64,000 nucleotides of DNA from the NCBI RefSeq assembly GCF_000143415.4, contig NW_003314282.1:717700-781699 (forward strand), given 5' to 3'. The DNA comes from Selaginella moellendorffii (taxonomy: Eukaryota; Plantae; Lycopodiophyta). The notes below the pieces were generated by a model that was given only the letters and a program-made list of their open reading frames with translations, was not told the origin of the DNA and ran no database searches. The position numbers and the translations under genes were made by a program. Below, in pieces: positions 23,226-37,000 of the stretch. Within the stretch, counting starts at the first letter, position 1, and the number at the start of each line of letters is the position of its first letter.

Positions 23226-24913
23226 TGTAAGCGACTAAATTTTCCATTCTACTTTAGTCACTTAACCACACCTCCAACCACTTGGAGGAGTCTCACTCAC
23301 AACCTCCGTAAGTCCTATTTCAGACTTGGGCTTGTTAGCCCCGAGAATGGCATCCCCGCCACTCAACCTTTGCACTTGATCCAAGTGCTCCACGTGTCCG
23401 ATCCCATGACCGACACCCCAAGGTACCACCGACATATCCGCCCGTTATGCTAAGGCCATGCCCCTTTACCTTGGTCACACTAGTGGTCTAACACCACCTG
23501 CATCACAGTCCCCTCTCTCAAGGACTGGACCACCCGTCCATGAGTGATCATTCCAGATCCCCTCCTTAGCATCCTTAGGATGCCCACAGACATAGGGAAT
23601 AGCCTTCCCCAATATCCCTTTTCCGGTCTTCGCCAAGTCCCTTTCTGGCCATGGCCGTGTTTGCCAACACTGCCATTGGATCAAGGCTCACAGGCCCGAC
23701 CACTAAGTCCCACGGTCCTCTGGGACTTCCTCACCACACGACTGTATCCTTAGTCACTACACCAGAGGACTGCTCCTCTGCCTTTCCACAGTCTGGGCCT
23801 TCGGGACAACATTTCGGAACACCGTGGCCTTACGCAAGCCTCGGGAGTACTCTCCCCGCCTTTCGCCTTTAGGTGCTCTAGCCATGGGCTTAGAGCGAGG
23901 TTCCGTTGAGCCACGACAGGTATCCAAGTAGGTAGTGCCACCCACACTTGGACTGGGAGCATCGGCCAATCGATCTCCCGGGGGAACTAGAGCCGGCTCT
24001 TGAACACTTCACCAAGCTACCCTGCTTGTCGGTCCGTGTTCACTCTAGTCTTGGACTTCCCAGTGGGCAGCTCATCACCCAACACTGGGTCCGGCCTTCC
24101 TGGGCCAAACTGGTCCTTCCTGGGCCAAACTGGCCCTTCCTGGCCAAACTGGCTCCACTGGGCTCCAACCCCCACACTCTCCCTACTATACTTTTGGAAC
24201 CCCCCACAGCCCCCCCCCCCCTGGGGGACGATCGCTTTGGGCTTTCACCCAACTGCCTGTATTAGTATTTGGACTCGGACTCGGGCTCGAACTCGGACTC
24301 GGACTCGGTCTCGGTCCCGGTTTCGGACTCGGACTCGGTCTCGGTCTCGGCTTCGGCCTCGGTCTCGGTCTCGATCTCGGGTCCATCTCGGACTCCATCT
24401 CGGACTCCATCTCGAATCCATCTCGGACTCCATCTCGGGTCCATCTCGGACTCCATCTCGGGTCCATCTCGGACTCGATCTCGGACTCCATCTCGGACTC
24501 CATCTCGGACTCCATATCGGACTCCGTCTCGGTCCATTTCGGACTCCATCTCGGGTCCATCTCGGACTCGATCTCGGACTCCATCTCGGACTCCATTTCG
24601 GGTCCATCTCGAACTCCATTTCGGGTCCATCTCGGACTCCATCTCGGTCCATCTCGGACTCTATCTCGGGTCCTTCTCGGACACTACCATGTGTCATGTG
24701 TTGGTCCTTTTGGGTCCCTTTTTGGAGCCTCGCTTATTGCTCGTTTCGTGCTCATTCCTCGAGCCCTTCGTTAGGAGTTCCACTCCCGCTCTTGACCTTT
24801 CAAGGTGGAGCTTTTGGCCCAAACGTGTTACACTCGTTTGGCTTTCGCTTCGGCCACTACCACGTGGCACCCTTCCGGCTCCACTTTGGGGCCTAGGGAT
24901 TTTGTGTCTCACA
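23226..24913 (-). repeat. 5' LTR (about 1.69 kb)
   Basis: Near-identical to 17437-19125. Confidence 0.95.
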
Positions 24914-26189
24914 TATAATTGCTATTGAAGTAAGGAGTTATTTCATTCTCTTGAGAGTATAAAAATTTTCTTTAATTTTCCCATGTCAAGTATTGTTAGG
25001 GAAAATACACTCAACTTGAAATTTTAGCAAAAGTTTTACTCAACCCTAAAAACAAAAGCATACTCAACACCAGAAACAATCTACTAATGAAACAAAAATA
25101 AAATTTTTTGTTTCACAGATATGCTCCATATTACTTAGTTCAACACCAAATTGAGAATAAGAATCATAAGAGTCATAAATAATTGACATATTATGAAAAA
25201 TAAATGTTGCAAATGAGGAAAATATATTAGAAATTTGAAAAGATGGCATAGGCCAAGAAATAACAAAAAGGTTGGGAAAGAGAGAAAGGCAAAGAGAAAG
25301 AATCATGTGGTAAATTTAAAGATGGGTACCTATCTTGTGAAATTTTTAGCTTATCCTCACATCCATCTTTAAAATAATTAAATTCCTCATTAATGTTAGG
25401 AGTCCTACATTTCTATGTCTTTTGAAATTAATGTGTGCTTCTTTATGTATTCACGGAGGCTTGACATGAAATTAGAATGTAAATGATTTACTTGAGCTTG
25501 TACACATCATCTTATTATAAGCTTGATCATTGAACATCCTCCAAGAATTAAACTGCATTATCCATAACTCTCTAAGTGATATCATGATCACAATCCATGT
25601 AAGTGGGAAATAATAGGACATCAAGAACAAAAAACATTATGTAATCATATCCTATAGAAATTAGTATTGACAATATATCATGGACAAATATAACATTAAT
25701 ATGATCACACTTTATATGACCAAAAGCTTTATTTAATATTAGAATAGTTCTAGAGCATCCAACATCCCAATATTAAAACTAGCATACAAAACGGAGCTAA
25801 ATAGAGTTTGGCACTATTTCACCATATTGGTGGTCTAATAGGAGGATATAGAAACTCCACTAGCTAGCATGGTATAAAGTTTGAACTTAAACTGTAGCAT
25901 ACATAAAGTTGGAGCCGAATTTCAATTTTATTGCACTATAAAACAAAGGTCCAATACGCATTTAAATCCCTTACAAGCACTAGCTCTCCATATTCAACTC
26001 TTGCATGTAAAACAATATCAAACGGTGTCTAATACAATTTTGGCATACCAATGGCTTAATGTGAGGAGATGGGTACCCCATTGATTAGAGCAATATGGAA
26101 CTTAAGCTTATGCCCAAGCCAGATAATAAAAAGCAATACAGCCAATGAAAGTTAAATTAATGTCTAAGATGGTCAACTATGCTTTTAAC

Positions 26190-26770
26190 CACTCCCTACT
26201 ATACATTTAAAACCCCCTTAGCTCCCTCTCCCCCCTCCATATAAATGAATGCTTTAGGCTTTCACCCTAATCCAAGGAGTTAGGGATGTACTTAAAGGAT
26301 GAATTAACATTCTTATAATACAAAAAGATGCTTATCAACACCACCACTAGGTCAAAGCCCCAAAGCCTATCTATCCACTAAGTCCCATGAGCTTCTGAGA
26401 CTTCCTCACCATATAATTATACTCTTGGTTACTAAGTATAAAGATTACTCCCCTTTGGGACTTTGGGATGACATTTCAAAACATCATAGCTCAATGCAAA
26501 TTTTATAAATACTCTTCCCACCTTTTGCCACCAAAGTGCTCTAATCATATGGCTAGAGCAAAGTTCTAATGGGTCAAAATATCCAAGTAGGCAATGCCAC
26601 CCACATTTAAATTGAGAGCATTAACCATTTGATCTCCCAAAAGAGGTAAAATGGCTTTTTGAATATTTCACTAAGTCATTTCACTTATCCATTCATGTTC
26701 ACCTTAGCCTTGGACTCTCTAACATTTATATCATCACTCATCATATGGCTTTCCCTGGCCACACTAGTTC
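26190..26770. mobile_element. Old degraded LTR fragments of the same family as the young element
   Basis: ccactaagtccc...gacttcctcacca and tatccaagtaggcaatgccacccaca match 17911-17947 and 18132-18157. Confidence 0.7.
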
Positions 26771-26779
26771 TTTAGAGTA

Positions 26780-27605
26780 ATACCCTAGGATTTTGGTTTA
26801 AATCTAGCTTTTACATTGTTTAAATTTAGCTTTTTCTATTTTCTTTCTTTTGTTATTTCTTTTTGGGATTTTGGTTTAGATTTAGCTTTTGCATTATTTA
26901 GATTATTTTTCCTTCTAACTTTTCTTATTTCTCTTATTTTGCTTTTTCCTTTTTCATTCATTTTCATGGCAGAGCAATAATCTCCTCTTCTTTTAACTCT
27001 AGAGTAGTAGTTGGTGCAATTGCTTGATGTTATGCAATTGCATTTGAATAACCAAACTTAGTTGATGGTGGCATTCATGGCACATAGTACAGCTCCTCCT
27101 GCTCTTGGTGCTAATCCTCACGTTCGGTTGGAGTTCTTTCATGGGAATTCTGGGGATGATGTGTATTATTGGTTTGATCATTTCACGGTGATTGCCACAT
27201 GGGATGATGCTTGACATTTGCATGAGTTTCCCATGTGTCTCCAAAGGACGGTGCCACAGTGGTAAATGGTTTAAGTATAGCCACTCGTGGGGATTGGAGT
27301 GTTCTTCTGGACATCTTCAAATGCGCATTCGGATATGCCAATGACTGTGATGATGCTTTCCAACAATTGCATCGTCTTTGTCAAAGGGCATCTGAATCAA
27401 TGATGCAATTTGGCATTTGTTTTCGAAGCCTCTTTCTTCGTGTGAAGCCAAATATGTCAGAGTGGATCAAGCTATGAATGTTGTGGCCAGCAGTTATTCA
27501 AGATCTTGTAGAACTTATGTATGCACTTGCTCTAGCCACCCTTGACGATGCTTTTCACTTGGCACAACATTATGAGATGTCACCTCTTCTACTTCTCGCT
27601 AGTAA
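26780..27605 (+). mobile_element. Ty3/gypsy family B leader and gag fragment
   Basis: Collinear with 34100-34900. Confidence 0.85.
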
Positions 27606-28199
27606 ACACTGGATGAATTGGTGCCGAGTAAACCCTTTGATGACACTCTTGAAAGAAAGATAGAGGGGTCATTGACTTATTCATGCAAGATCTTTCTATT
27701 ACTCATGCGACTCTTCGTTTCCCAGATGCATCTTGGTGTCTAAACCTTCCACTATAGTAGCATCAACAGGACATTGTTGATGCCAAGATCTCCACTTAGG
27801 AAATGGAGGTTGCTAATTTAGAAAATGCCGACAACATTGATAAGTGTGACCAACTTTATCACACGCCTAGCAGTGAACATTATAGCCATGACCACATCCT
27901 CGCCCTTGTCCTTGGACTTGAGCAGTAGCAACATCAACGTCCATTGGAATAGGACTATTGCCTATAGGGAAGTGGAGTTGAAGGACGTTCAGTGAGAAGT
28001 GGAAAAGGTAATATCTCATAACGTTATGCCAAACGAAGAGCATCGTCAAAGGTGGCTAAAGCATGTGCATCCATAAGTCCTACAAGATCTTGACAAAGTG
28101 CTAGCCACAACATTCTTAGCTTGATCCGCTCTGACATATTTGGCTCTGCATAAAGTAAGAGGCTTCAGAAACAAATGCCGAATTGCATCATTAACTTAG
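27606..28199 (-). mobile_element. Inverted Ty3/gypsy family B gag fragment
   Basis: Reverse complement matches 34690-35280; interrupted at 28200 by a family A LTR. Confidence 0.8.
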
Positions 28200-31100
28200 T
28201 GTAAGCCACAAAATTTTCCTTTCCAATTTGCCAGCTTACCTCATTTATTCGACCAACATTGTTTTGGCATTAGTTAAGTTCCCTCACCAAAGTTCCCACC
28301 TATTGTACCAGTTTCTACTTGGTCTTACTTGGTTTTAGCTACTTACTGCATAAGCAATGGAGCATTAGCCATTCATCCACAAATTCCCTAAATCTCTCCC
28401 AATCCCCCTTCCTGAGTTAGATTGGAGTTAAGGTTCGGCTACACTCCTTATAAGCATAAGCAGCCAAACACTTGCTTTGGGACACTTGCTTTGGGACATT
28501 AGGGAATACACCGTGGCCTAATGGTTTAGCATGGGTACCTCTACTCCCCCACTTCCATCCTAAAGGGAAGGGTTAAGCCCCTAGAAAGGGTGAGGACTAA
28601 TGAGCCACAAGGTACTTAAGTGGGGCACCATTTCATATGAGTTGAGAGCACCATAATCAGTTTCCCTTCCAGGAGTGGGAGTTGATCTTGAGCACGTTCT
28701 TGGGTGGCCCTCCAGCACCACCTAAATCCATGCTCACTCCCACCTAAGGCTCCTCAGCCCCAATCTCAACCTTAAGTTAGTTTGGAAGCACTATTAGAGA
28801 GTTCCTTCAAGACTGGTTTTTATACCTCACTATCCTTACTATACTTTTGGAACCCCCTGCAGCCCCCTCCCCCCCCCCCTCTTGGGAGACACATGCTTTG
28901 GGATTTCACCCCACGACTTATATTAGTATTCGGACTCGGTCTCAGACTCGATCTTGGACTCGACCTCGGACTTGGTTTTAGACTCGATCTCAAACTTGAT
29001 TTCGGACCCAACCTCAGACTTTGTCTCAGACCCGATCTCAGATCTTGGATTCGGTCTCAAATTCGTCTCGAACTCGGTCTTGGATTCTGTCTCAGAGTCG
29101 ACCTTGGACTTAGTCTCGAACTCGGTCTCAGAGTCGGTCATGGACTCAATCTCAGACTCAGTTTCATTCGATAAACTCTTTATTATTCTGGTCATGCTTT
29201 TGGGGATCCTTTAATATATGACACCTTAGGGAGTTGGTTCCTTACAACTCCACCACCCATAGAAGAAGTTCGATACCCACATCTTACAACTTGTTGACTA
29301 TGTCTTTGAGGGCATCCCCCCACTTAGCAGTGTGCCTAAGTTAACATCCCTAACCAAGAGCCCATAACAATGGAATATAGGTGTCCTTATACCCCTCACC
29401 TCACCATGCCCTAATATGGGGTTGGGACTTGAACCTAACCTTCGTAGAATATGTTTAGCGATTCAACATCCCCATGGGGAGTCAAGAGTAGTTTCCTACA
29501 CCTGGTTGACCTAGCTAACATATGCTAATTAGCTTACCTTTGGCACGCCTTTGGGTCCCAATATATACCATTGCTTAATTTCACAAATTGATGTTTTAAA
29601 TGAACTTTGCATAAATACACAGAGTTCTACCTTGCAAAAATTCCTCCACTAAGTCTTGCGCATTTGTTAGGTTCTCCTCCAGTTCCCACGTTGCTTTGTA
29701 GTGTAAAAATCCTTTTCACTTCACATGGAACTCCTTGTCACTTGCTCTTGCGCCCATTAAGGATGGCCTCGACTTCATATTTCTCTTCCCCTTGGATAAC
29801 CTCAAGTAGAGGATTTATTTGGTCCTTGCAAAGCAGATCCTCAAAGTATGGCTTGAGTAAGTTCACATGGAACATAGGGTGTATCTTCCCCATCTCTTAA
29901 GGAAGTCAGAGGCAGTAAGCCACTTTACCAATTTGTGCCTCAATCTCATAAGGCCCCATGAACCTGCTTAAGGAATTCAAGATCAAATCATTTCTAGGAA
30001 TACATTTTTACATTTGGGATAACTTTCAGCTGATCCCATTTGATAGCGTTACATTCTTGGTATTTAACCACACCTTCTTCCCAAGTTAGAACTCTACGTC
30101 CTAGTATTTTTGGTTCACATATTTAATTTGCCTTTGTTGAGCCCATTCTAAAGAATCCCTCACTAAATTCTAAATGTTAAGCCTTTTTGTTGTGAATGCT
30201 TCCATTGTGGGTAACTCTCCATGATACTTGGCCATGCTGAGTTCCACAGGACCTTCAATAGCTATCCCATTGATGACTTTATATGAACTCACCTCAATGT
30301 TCGAATGTGATGAGTTGTTATAACACATTTCCACAAGTCCCAAATAACTTACCCAATTGGTCTGTTCTCCAAAAACATAGCATTGCAAATAATCCTTTAG
30401 CTACCTATTTACCCTCTTCGTTTGTCCATCTGTCAAGAAGTGTTATTGCCATCAAACTTAACTTAATACCCAATACTTGTCTGTAAGTGATAAATTGTGC
30501 TAAATTTCAACCTGGTGCAATACTGTTCTAGGAGAGTTCTTTAGAACCTATTAGTGAAGATTTTATCTCAATCTAAGATAATCTCTTTTGGCATTCCCCG
30601 CACTTAAACTATTTGTTCAAAAAACAATTTTGCCACACCTTCCGCATCCACTTCTGTTGTGGTGGGTATGAAATATGCCATCTTTGAAAACTGGTTCACC
30701 ACCATGAATATTACATCAAAACCCCTTGCTTTGGGGGAGTCCCGTAATGAAGTTCATTGTAAGATGTTTCCATAGATAATCTGGAATTAGAATGCTTTGT
30801 AACAAGCCCCCACTAGCCTTAGTCACAGCTTTGACATGTTTTTACATAGTCTTAGATGTTTTTAGCCATATCTGGTTAGTGATATTTCCTTTTAAGTAAG
30901 CCTATTGTCTTGGGCACTCCTTTGTGTCTTGCAAAAGGTCCATCATGACACTCTTCTAATGCTACCTTTCTTAATTCCCCTTCTAGAACATACACCCTTG
31001 TTTTTTTTAATAATAGATGAGTCCATTATGTTCTGCATAACCTGTTTTCTCTTCCGTTGGTAGCTTATCTCTTTGGCGAGCTTCCCATGCCTCTTGGTTC

Positions 31101-34095
31101 CTTAGCAACACTTTCTGTGCTATACCATCGTTCTCATATGCTGTCTGCACATCATTCTAAAAGGTTGTTATCATGTTGGATATCTCCAACTTCAAGCTCA
31201 CTTTTCGACTTAGAGCATTTACCATGATATAGTTCTTCTCAGGTTTATACAGAATCTTACAATCAAACTCAGCCAAAGCATTGGCCCACCAACCCTATTT
31301 CCCTCTCAGGTCAGGCTGTGACAAGAAGTGTTTCATTGCCACATTATTTGTGTAAACTTTAAAATGTGTCCCAATGTAGTGTCACCACTCCTTGAGTGCA
31401 TTAACCACTACAAACAATTCCTTCTCGTAAGTAGGCCACTTTTGCTAAGCCTTGTCTAACTTCTTCAAAAAGAAAACTGTTGGATGGTTGTTTTGCTTCA
31501 AAATTGCACCTAAGTTTAAAGCATCTATTTCTATCTCAAAGTCCTTACCAAAGTCTGGTAACACTAATAGTAGAGCCTTTCTCAACTTCCCTTTGAGGTG
31601 GACAAATGCCACCTCTCATTCTGCTATCTATATGATCTTTCCTTTTCCCATTTAGTCCATTAAAGGCAGAGTTACTCTCAAATAGTGTTTAATAAACTTT
31701 TGGTAGTAGTTGTATAGCCCTAAGAATGCCCTTAACTTCTGTACATTCGATGGTCGTTCCCATTCCTGGATCACTTTGACCTTCTCAAGGTCCACCTTGA
31801 GCCCATCCTTCACCACCACATGCCCAAGAAACTTTACCTCTTGTTGAGCCAAGTCACATTTGCTCTCTTTAGTATATAACTTGTATTCCCTTAGTTTCTC
31901 AAACACCTTCGTCAAGTGTTTGACATGCTCCTCTAGTGTTTTGCTATAGATCAAGATGTCATTAATATAGACAACCACAAAGTAATCTAGATAAGGTACA
32001 AAAATGTGGTTCATTAACACTGAAAATTTTGTCGGCGTATTGCACAGCCCAAAGGGCATCACCAGAAACTTAAAGTTCCCATACCTTGTCTAGTAGGTTG
32101 TCTTCTCAACATCTTTCTCTGCTACTATGATTTAGTAGTATCCTGACTTTAGGTCAATCCTCAAAAAGTATTTCGCCTTTCCTAACCCATTGAACAAGTC
32201 CTTAATTCTTGGTAAAGGGTATTTATTCTTCTTTGTATACTTGTTGAGCAACTGGTAATCCATGCACATGCGCATAGATTCATCTTTCTTTTTCACAAAT
32301 AACATTGGTGCCCCATACGGCAACTTGCTCAACCTAACATACCCTTTATCCACCAATTCTTCCAATTGGCACTTAAGTTCCTCGAGTTTCTTTTCATTCA
32401 AACGATAGGGGGGACAAACCACCACCTTAGCGCCCTCGACCAATTCAATTTTATATTCTATCAGTCATATGGGGGGTAGTTCCTCTGGCATGGTATCTTG
32501 AAATTGGTTCAACATCCACTATACCACTAAAAGTACTTTTTCTGTTCCTATCTTTTTATCACTCCTCATCGAGAGTAAGCACAAAAATGCTGCCTTAGTT
32601 TCTTTAGTGAGTTGTCCTCTTGTGGACACCAAGTTCAAGCAGGAGTCTTTAGCCTTACATTGCCCTACCTTTATATCTTGGGCCTCCACTTTGGATCATT
32701 TTCCCTGAGCATTCGCCAAAACCACAAGGTTTTTACCTTGTCCATATAAGGCTATCACAAACCGATTGAATTAATCCATCCTGAAAATCTGTCAAATCCT
32801 GCTATGTCCAACATAGTGAAATCCATGTTTACTTTTCATGTCCCTAGTTCGAGTCTTGCTTGTTGAAATACCTCATTAGTGCTTTGGCTACCTTGAACAA
32901 ACTTTATAGTTCTTGATTCACTTAGCTGTTGCACCATTAATCTGGCTTGTCGGACTATGTCTACAGCCACAAAATTATCGAAAGCACCCATATCAATAAG
33001 GATTTTAACAAAATTACCTCTAACCTTCCCTCAGAGGGCTAGTAGATGTTGCGAATGACTCTTTACCAAAATTACTCATGTAATGTGTAACTTTGAGCTA
33101 GGGACTAGATCACATACCTCAATTTGGTTTTCACCCAACTTAATAGCCATATTGCATTTGGCCTTCTTCAAGTAAGAACATTCTCTCGAAAAGTGTTTTG
33201 CTTCATTATAGTTAAAGCATATGTTGTTTCCCACACTACTAGCCAACTTGAGCTTTTTATCCGTGGGTTTGTCCCTTTTCACTTGACTCCCCATGTACTT
33301 CCTTGCTGGCCACCGGATTTGCCTTTCTAAAAGCCTAAGGATTCATTCTTAGAAAAGTTCTTCTTGAATTTCCCTTTGTCATATGTCCCCTTTGGTTTGG
33401 CTCCTTTGCTGAATGTGAACCCTAACTTCGTTGTGTTCCCCTTTCACAGGTTATCATTAAAATACACTTTAGTAATTGCATCCAATGCTTCTTTGTAGTT
33501 GGTCGGGTTCTAATGCATCACTTCGCCTCGAGCCTAGGTTTGCAAGCCTGATATAAAGGCATGAAATGCATCTATATCACCCATATCTGTGACAAGTATC
33601 CTCTTTGCCATAAACGCATTCACATATTTTTAAATAGTTTCAGTCTACTTCAGCCTACTCAGCTCATCCCTTATGTGTAGAGTAGCATTCGGAGGAACAT
33701 AAGTCATGTAAATCCTCACCTTTATCATTTCCCAAATGGCCACTAGTCCTTCATTAGCCTCTATTGTTCTTCACTAAGACTTCACATTATTTGCCAAGTA
33801 TAGTTTTGCACAGGGGACCTTCTCTAAGCTTAGTAACTGCAACACTCGAAAGTAATCCTCCATATCATAAAACCAATCCTTTATCACGTTATAGTTATTC
33901 ACTCCCTTGAAAACCGGTGGGGGCTTTAGATTGTATTTGGGAACTATTTGAGGGACTGATTCCACTTCAGTTTATTTGACTTTGTTCGGTTCCACCTCAG
34001 TCCCCGCTGAAGGGTCCATGGCTTCTGTGTTACAAGTATCTAAAATCTTTTGCTTTTTCTTCCGCTTCTCGTTATGCTTTAGCTTGCATACGAGG
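28200..34095 (-). mobile_element. Decayed chromovirus (Ty3/gypsy with chromodomain), family A; 3' LTR 28200-29246, 5' LTR missing
   Basis: gag PPVFKG..DWFYDMEDYF, Zn-knuckle remnant, RT (YPLPRI, MPFGLCN, YINDILIYS), RNase H, integrase, chromodomain YEVEAIL..EFHVK*KGF..ATWELEENL near 29640-29790; many stops. Confidence 0.92.
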
Positions 34096-34099
34096 GTCT

Positions 34100-37000
34100 C
34101 TAAATTTTGGTTTAGATCTAGCTTTTTCCATTTCCTTTTTTTTATTCTTTCCTTTCAGGATTTTGGTTCATATCTAACTTTTTGCATTGTCTAGATCTCC
34201 GTTTCCTTTTAGCTTTTTTGTTATTTCTCTTCTTTTGCTCTTTCCTTTTCGTTCATCTTCATGGCAGATTAGCAATTTCCTCCTTTGACTCTAGAGTAGT
34301 AGTTAGTACAATTGCTTGATGTTATGCGCTTGCAATTGAACAACCAAACTCAGTTGATGGCGGCATTCACAACACATGGTACAACCCCTCCTGCTCTTGG
34401 TGTCAATCCTCGCGTTCGGCCGAAGTTCTTTCATAGAAATCTTGGGGATGATATGTACCATTGGTTCGATCACTTCATGGTGATTGCTACATATCATTCT
34501 TGGGATGATACTCAATGTTTGCATGAGTTTCCCACATGTCTCCAAGGGACGGCCCTGTAGTGGTATAATGGTTAGAGTGCAGCCACTCGTGGGAATTGGA
34601 GTGTTCTCCCAGACATCTTTAAACATACATTCGAACATGATGATTGTGATTATGCCTTCCAGCAATTGCATCATCTTTGTTAAGGGTCATCTAAGTCAGT
34701 GATGCAATTTGGCATTCGTTTCCCAAGCCTCTTGCTTCGTGCGAAGCCAAATATGTCAGAGCAGATCAAGCTAAGAATGTTGTGGCCAGCACTTTGTCAA
34801 GATCTTGTCAGACTTGTGCATACACTTGCTTCAACCACCCTTGACGATGCTCTTTGCTTGGCACAACATTATGAGAAATCACCTTTTCCACTTCTTGCTG
34901 CACGTCCTTCTGCTCCATTTTCTGTGGGCGATGGTTCTGTTCCAATAGAGGTTGATGCTGCTGCTACTCGAGTCCAAAGACAAGGATGAGGACGTGATCG
35001 TGGCCATGAAGTTCATTGTTGGCCATGTGATGAAGTTGGTCACACTTATCGGGGTTATCAGCATTTTCCAGATTGGCAACCTCCATTTCCTGGGTGGAGA
35101 CCCTTGCATCAACAACATCTTATTGGTGTTGCTGCAATGGAAGGTTTAGACACTGAGATGCATCTAGGAAATGAGGAGTTGCGCAAGTAACAGAGGGACC
35201 TTATGCGCATAAGTCAGTGACCCCTCCATCTTTCTTTCGGGAGTATCATCAAGGGGTTCACTCGGCACTAATTCATCCAGTGTTTATTTTCCAAGCTTGT
35301 TTTTATAATAAAAGGTCTCTTATTATTCTCTCTGTGTTAATTGATACAGGTTTAAGTTTATCTTCTATTGCTCGACCTGTTGCCATACGTTGCTGTCTAT
35401 TGTGTTATATAGCAGAACCAGTTTTCATTCTTTATGGCAACGGCCATACATATTTATGTGCATGGGATGAGGCAGACCTGGTTGTGCATGTAGGCGATTT
35501 CAAGCTTGAGTTGCAATCATTGCGGGTGGTGCCAAGTCAAACTTTTGACCTCATCTTTGGTATAGATCGGTTACACACAATCATGCCAAGTGTGACTTTG
35601 AGATTTCTCCCCCTTGTCTCATACTCCCTTATATTTCATTCATTCTTCTCACTTTCATACATTTTCATCCCTTTGCTTCTACTTCTGCTTCCATTACTTT
35701 TGTCCCCCCCAGTACTTCCTCCTATGTTTCCATCTTGTTTTGCTCTTCCTTTTTCTGATCCCTTCGACAATCTTTGTGCTATAGCAATTGACCAACTCAT
35801 GAAGGAGTATTTTGATCTCTTTGAATTGAACTTATTGTCTAGGGCCAAGATTGCCGCATGTCATCCGATTCCAACCAAAGATGCTCGTCCAATCAAGGTT
35901 CCTATTCGTCGTCGGTCACCCAAAGAAATCAAGATTTTATGTTTAAATATCAAAGAGATGTTGGAGAAGGGTGTTATTTGGAAGTCGCAAAGTCCTTAGG
36001 CATGTGAACCTCATCTTGTGATGAAGCCTGATGGGAGTATTTGTTTCTACATTGACTATCGTCCGTTAAACAAAGTGACGATCTTAGATGTGTACCCTCT
36101 TCTTCACATTATTAATCTCTTGTATCATTTAGGGCGAAGTCATTGGTTCACCAAGCTAGATCTTGCTTCTAGGTACTGGCAAGATATTAATAAAATTTAA
36201 TAAAAAGATATTAAGATATTAATAAAAAGATATTTCTAAAATTGTTTTTCATACACCGTTTGGTTTGTACAAGTTCTTGGTGATGTCGTTTGGTTTGAAT
36301 AATGCTTCTATAGCTTTCCATTGGAGATAGACGAGGTTCTTTGCAATATGCCGGAGATGACTATTGACTTCATTAATGATGTCTTGATCCACTCAAAAGG
36401 GACGTGGGAGAAGCACATTCGTGATGTTTGTAAAGTGTTAAATCAACTACGGGACATTGGTTTAATGCTGAAACAGTCAAAATGCATGTTTGGGTCCAAA
36501 GACACAACTTATTTTGGGTACTATATTTCTTATAAGGATTTGCAAGTTGATCCTGACAAACTTGTGGCTATTCTAAAGTTCCCTACTTTAAAATGTGTGA
36601 ATAATGTGTAGTGCTTTCTGGGCAAGGTGTAGTATCTTGATCATTTTGTGGATCATCTTTCTGATCACACTGCACTGTTGCAAGTGTTGTTGAAGTCATC
36701 AATGTCATCTTTCATCTGGTCTCCAAATTGTGAGCAAGCGTTCGTGGATCTCAAAGAACTATTGACAACTCCTCCAGTTTTGGCATATCCTGATTACACT
36801 CGACTTTTTATTTTGCGCATGGATGCTTTTGATATTGGTCTTGAAGGTGTGTTGATGCAAAAGAGCCTAAGTGTGCCTGGTCAACACCATCCCATTGCGT
36901 ATATAAGCCATACATTACAACCAGCAAAGGTGAATTATTTCATGACAGAGAAGGAATGTTTAGCAGCAATTTAGGGTTTTGAGAAATTTCATGCATATCT

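Larger units (their letters stand above)
17437..24913 (-). mobile_element. Young full-length non-autonomous LTR retrotransposon (Ty3/gypsy-related, LARD-like)
   Basis: TG...CA LTRs at 17437-19125 and 23226-24913; 5-bp TSD TATAA (17432-17436, 24914-24918); tRNA-Met PBS and PPT on the minus strand; 4.1-kb interior with no long ORF and no recognisable RT or integrase. Confidence 0.92.
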
